Origin: a virus
Taxonomy: Duplodnaviria > Heunggongvirae > Uroviricota > Caudoviricetes
IMG/VR virus record: IMGVR_UViG_2713896781_000013
DNA length: 7,295 nt
Strand: one strand, 5' to 3'
The notes under the pieces are model-generated. The model had not been told where the DNA came from. It saw only the letters and a list, made by a program, of their open reading frames with translations, and ran no database searches. Position 1 is the first letter of the stretch. Each line of letters begins with the position of its first letter. The position numbers and the translations under genes were made by a program. This document shows positions 6,631-7,295 of this stretch, piece after piece.

Positions 6631-6957
6631 TCATAACACCGTCGGACAACGCAAATCGTAAATCAGCACGGACACAGAAAACGGCAGCTCCCCCTGAATC
6701 AGTTCTTCCCGCTCCGCAAGATCCGGATTCCGGTACAGCATCCCGGTCAGTCGCATGGCAGCCCCCTTCATCCGGGTTAATGCCTCGCCCGGGATCAGTT
6801 CACCGTCCTCACGAATCACCTTATCCCGGCTGCCCTGAATGTAGGCCAGCAGCACGGCGGTAGCCTGACGAACCTTGTCCATCAGCATGTCATCATCCGC
6901 GTCATGGTCGACACGCAGATGTGCCTTGATCTCTTCCAGTGTCAGTAATGCCGTCAT
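6631..6957 (-). CDS. Head-tail connector protein (HK97 gp6-like, Phage_connect_1-type), 108 aa
   Basis: ORF MTALLTLEEIKAHLRVDHDADDDMLMDKVRQATAVLLAYIQG... carries the N-terminal signature of gp6-like connector proteins (LTLEE-x-KAHLR-x-DHD-x-DD then a helical region). AGGAGG at 6969..6964 is 6 nt upstream of the ATG at 6957. ATGA overlap with the upstream ORF. Confidence 0.75.
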   Translation of the reverse strand: MTALLTLEEIKAHLRVDHDADDDMLMDKVRQATAVLLAYIQGSRDKVIREDGELIPGEALTRMKGAAMRLTGMLYRNPDLAEREELIQGELPFSVSVLIYDLRCPTVL

Positions 6958-7295
6958 TTTCCGCCTCCTGCATCCCGTCCACGTTTGGCAGCCAGGGTCC
7001 AGCCTGATGAATGAGCTTCTCCGGGTTTATCACCGGTCATACTGTTGCAGTGCCACAGCGAGCCCCCCCACGTCACCGTATCACCGGGGTGGTAGGTTTC
7101 ACCGGCTCTGAACACACCGCGGTAGAGCATCACCGGCAGGGAAAATGTTTTTTCCGTACGCTGGCCACTGCTCTGCCGGACCACCACAGTGAACGACCGT
7201 TCGCCGGTCATGCTGACGTCAATATCGGCCACCCCGTCAACCAGGCATTCCCATCCCCGCATCCCGTGCGTTTTTTCATACGCCCGCCAGAGTCC
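6954..7295 (-). CDS. 5'-truncated ORF of unknown function (C-terminal 113 codons visible); possibly the end of a capsid-module gene
   Basis: The frame is open from the window end (7295) down to TGA at 6956..6954. My translation upstream of the track ORF's first Met (7262) gives GLWRAYEKTHG with no stop, so the gene starts outside the window. I do not recognise the sequence ...GETYHPGDTVTWGGSLWHCNSMTGDKPGEAHSSGWTLAAKRGRDAGGGK. It is co-directional and translationally coupled (ATGA) with the gp6-like gene. Confidence 0.5.
   Translation of the reverse strand, partial: GLWRAYEKTHGMRGWECLVDGVADIDVSMTGERSFTVVVRQSSGQRTEKTFSLPVMLYRGVFRAGETYHPGDTVTWGGSLWHCNSMTGDKPGEAHSSGWTLAAKRGRDAGGGK

Noticed and set aside
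1-7295. Searched for CRISPR repeats, tRNA-like structures, integrase or attachment-site remnants, toxin-antitoxin pairs and defence-type cargo genes
   Set aside because: No direct-repeat array, no cloverleaf-like region and no spare coding capacity: the minus-strand genes are nearly contiguous and all fit virion morphogenesis. The only non-coding spacers are the short V-upstream and T-H regions.

Overview
The window is a lambdoid siphovirus (prophage or phage) late operon from an enterobacterial-type genome, with all genes on the minus strand and almost no non-coding DNA. Reading in the direction of transcription (high to low coordinates): a 5'-truncated unknown ORF, an HK97-type head-tail joining set (gp6-like connector, head-closure protein, HK97-gp10-family tail-completion protein, gpU-like tail terminator), then a lambda-type tail set (major tail protein V with a C-terminal Ig-like domain, chaperones G and G-T linked by a -1 frameshift site, a 1080-aa tape measure protein H, and minor tail proteins M and L, the last truncated by the window start). 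Family assignments rest on my own reading of the translated ORFs, on gene order and on comparison with lambda sequences recalled from memory; no database search was run. I found no defence system, toxin, integrase, RNA gene, CRISPR array or inserted cargo gene, so this looks like an ordinary, well-understood tail-morphogenesis region rather than a novel system. The points worth a second look are the G-T frameshift site, a 50-nt N run inside gene L flanked by a 6-bp direct repeat, the Ig-like domain on the tail tube protein, two hairpin-plus-T-tract elements inside the operon, and the unidentified truncated ORF at the right edge.
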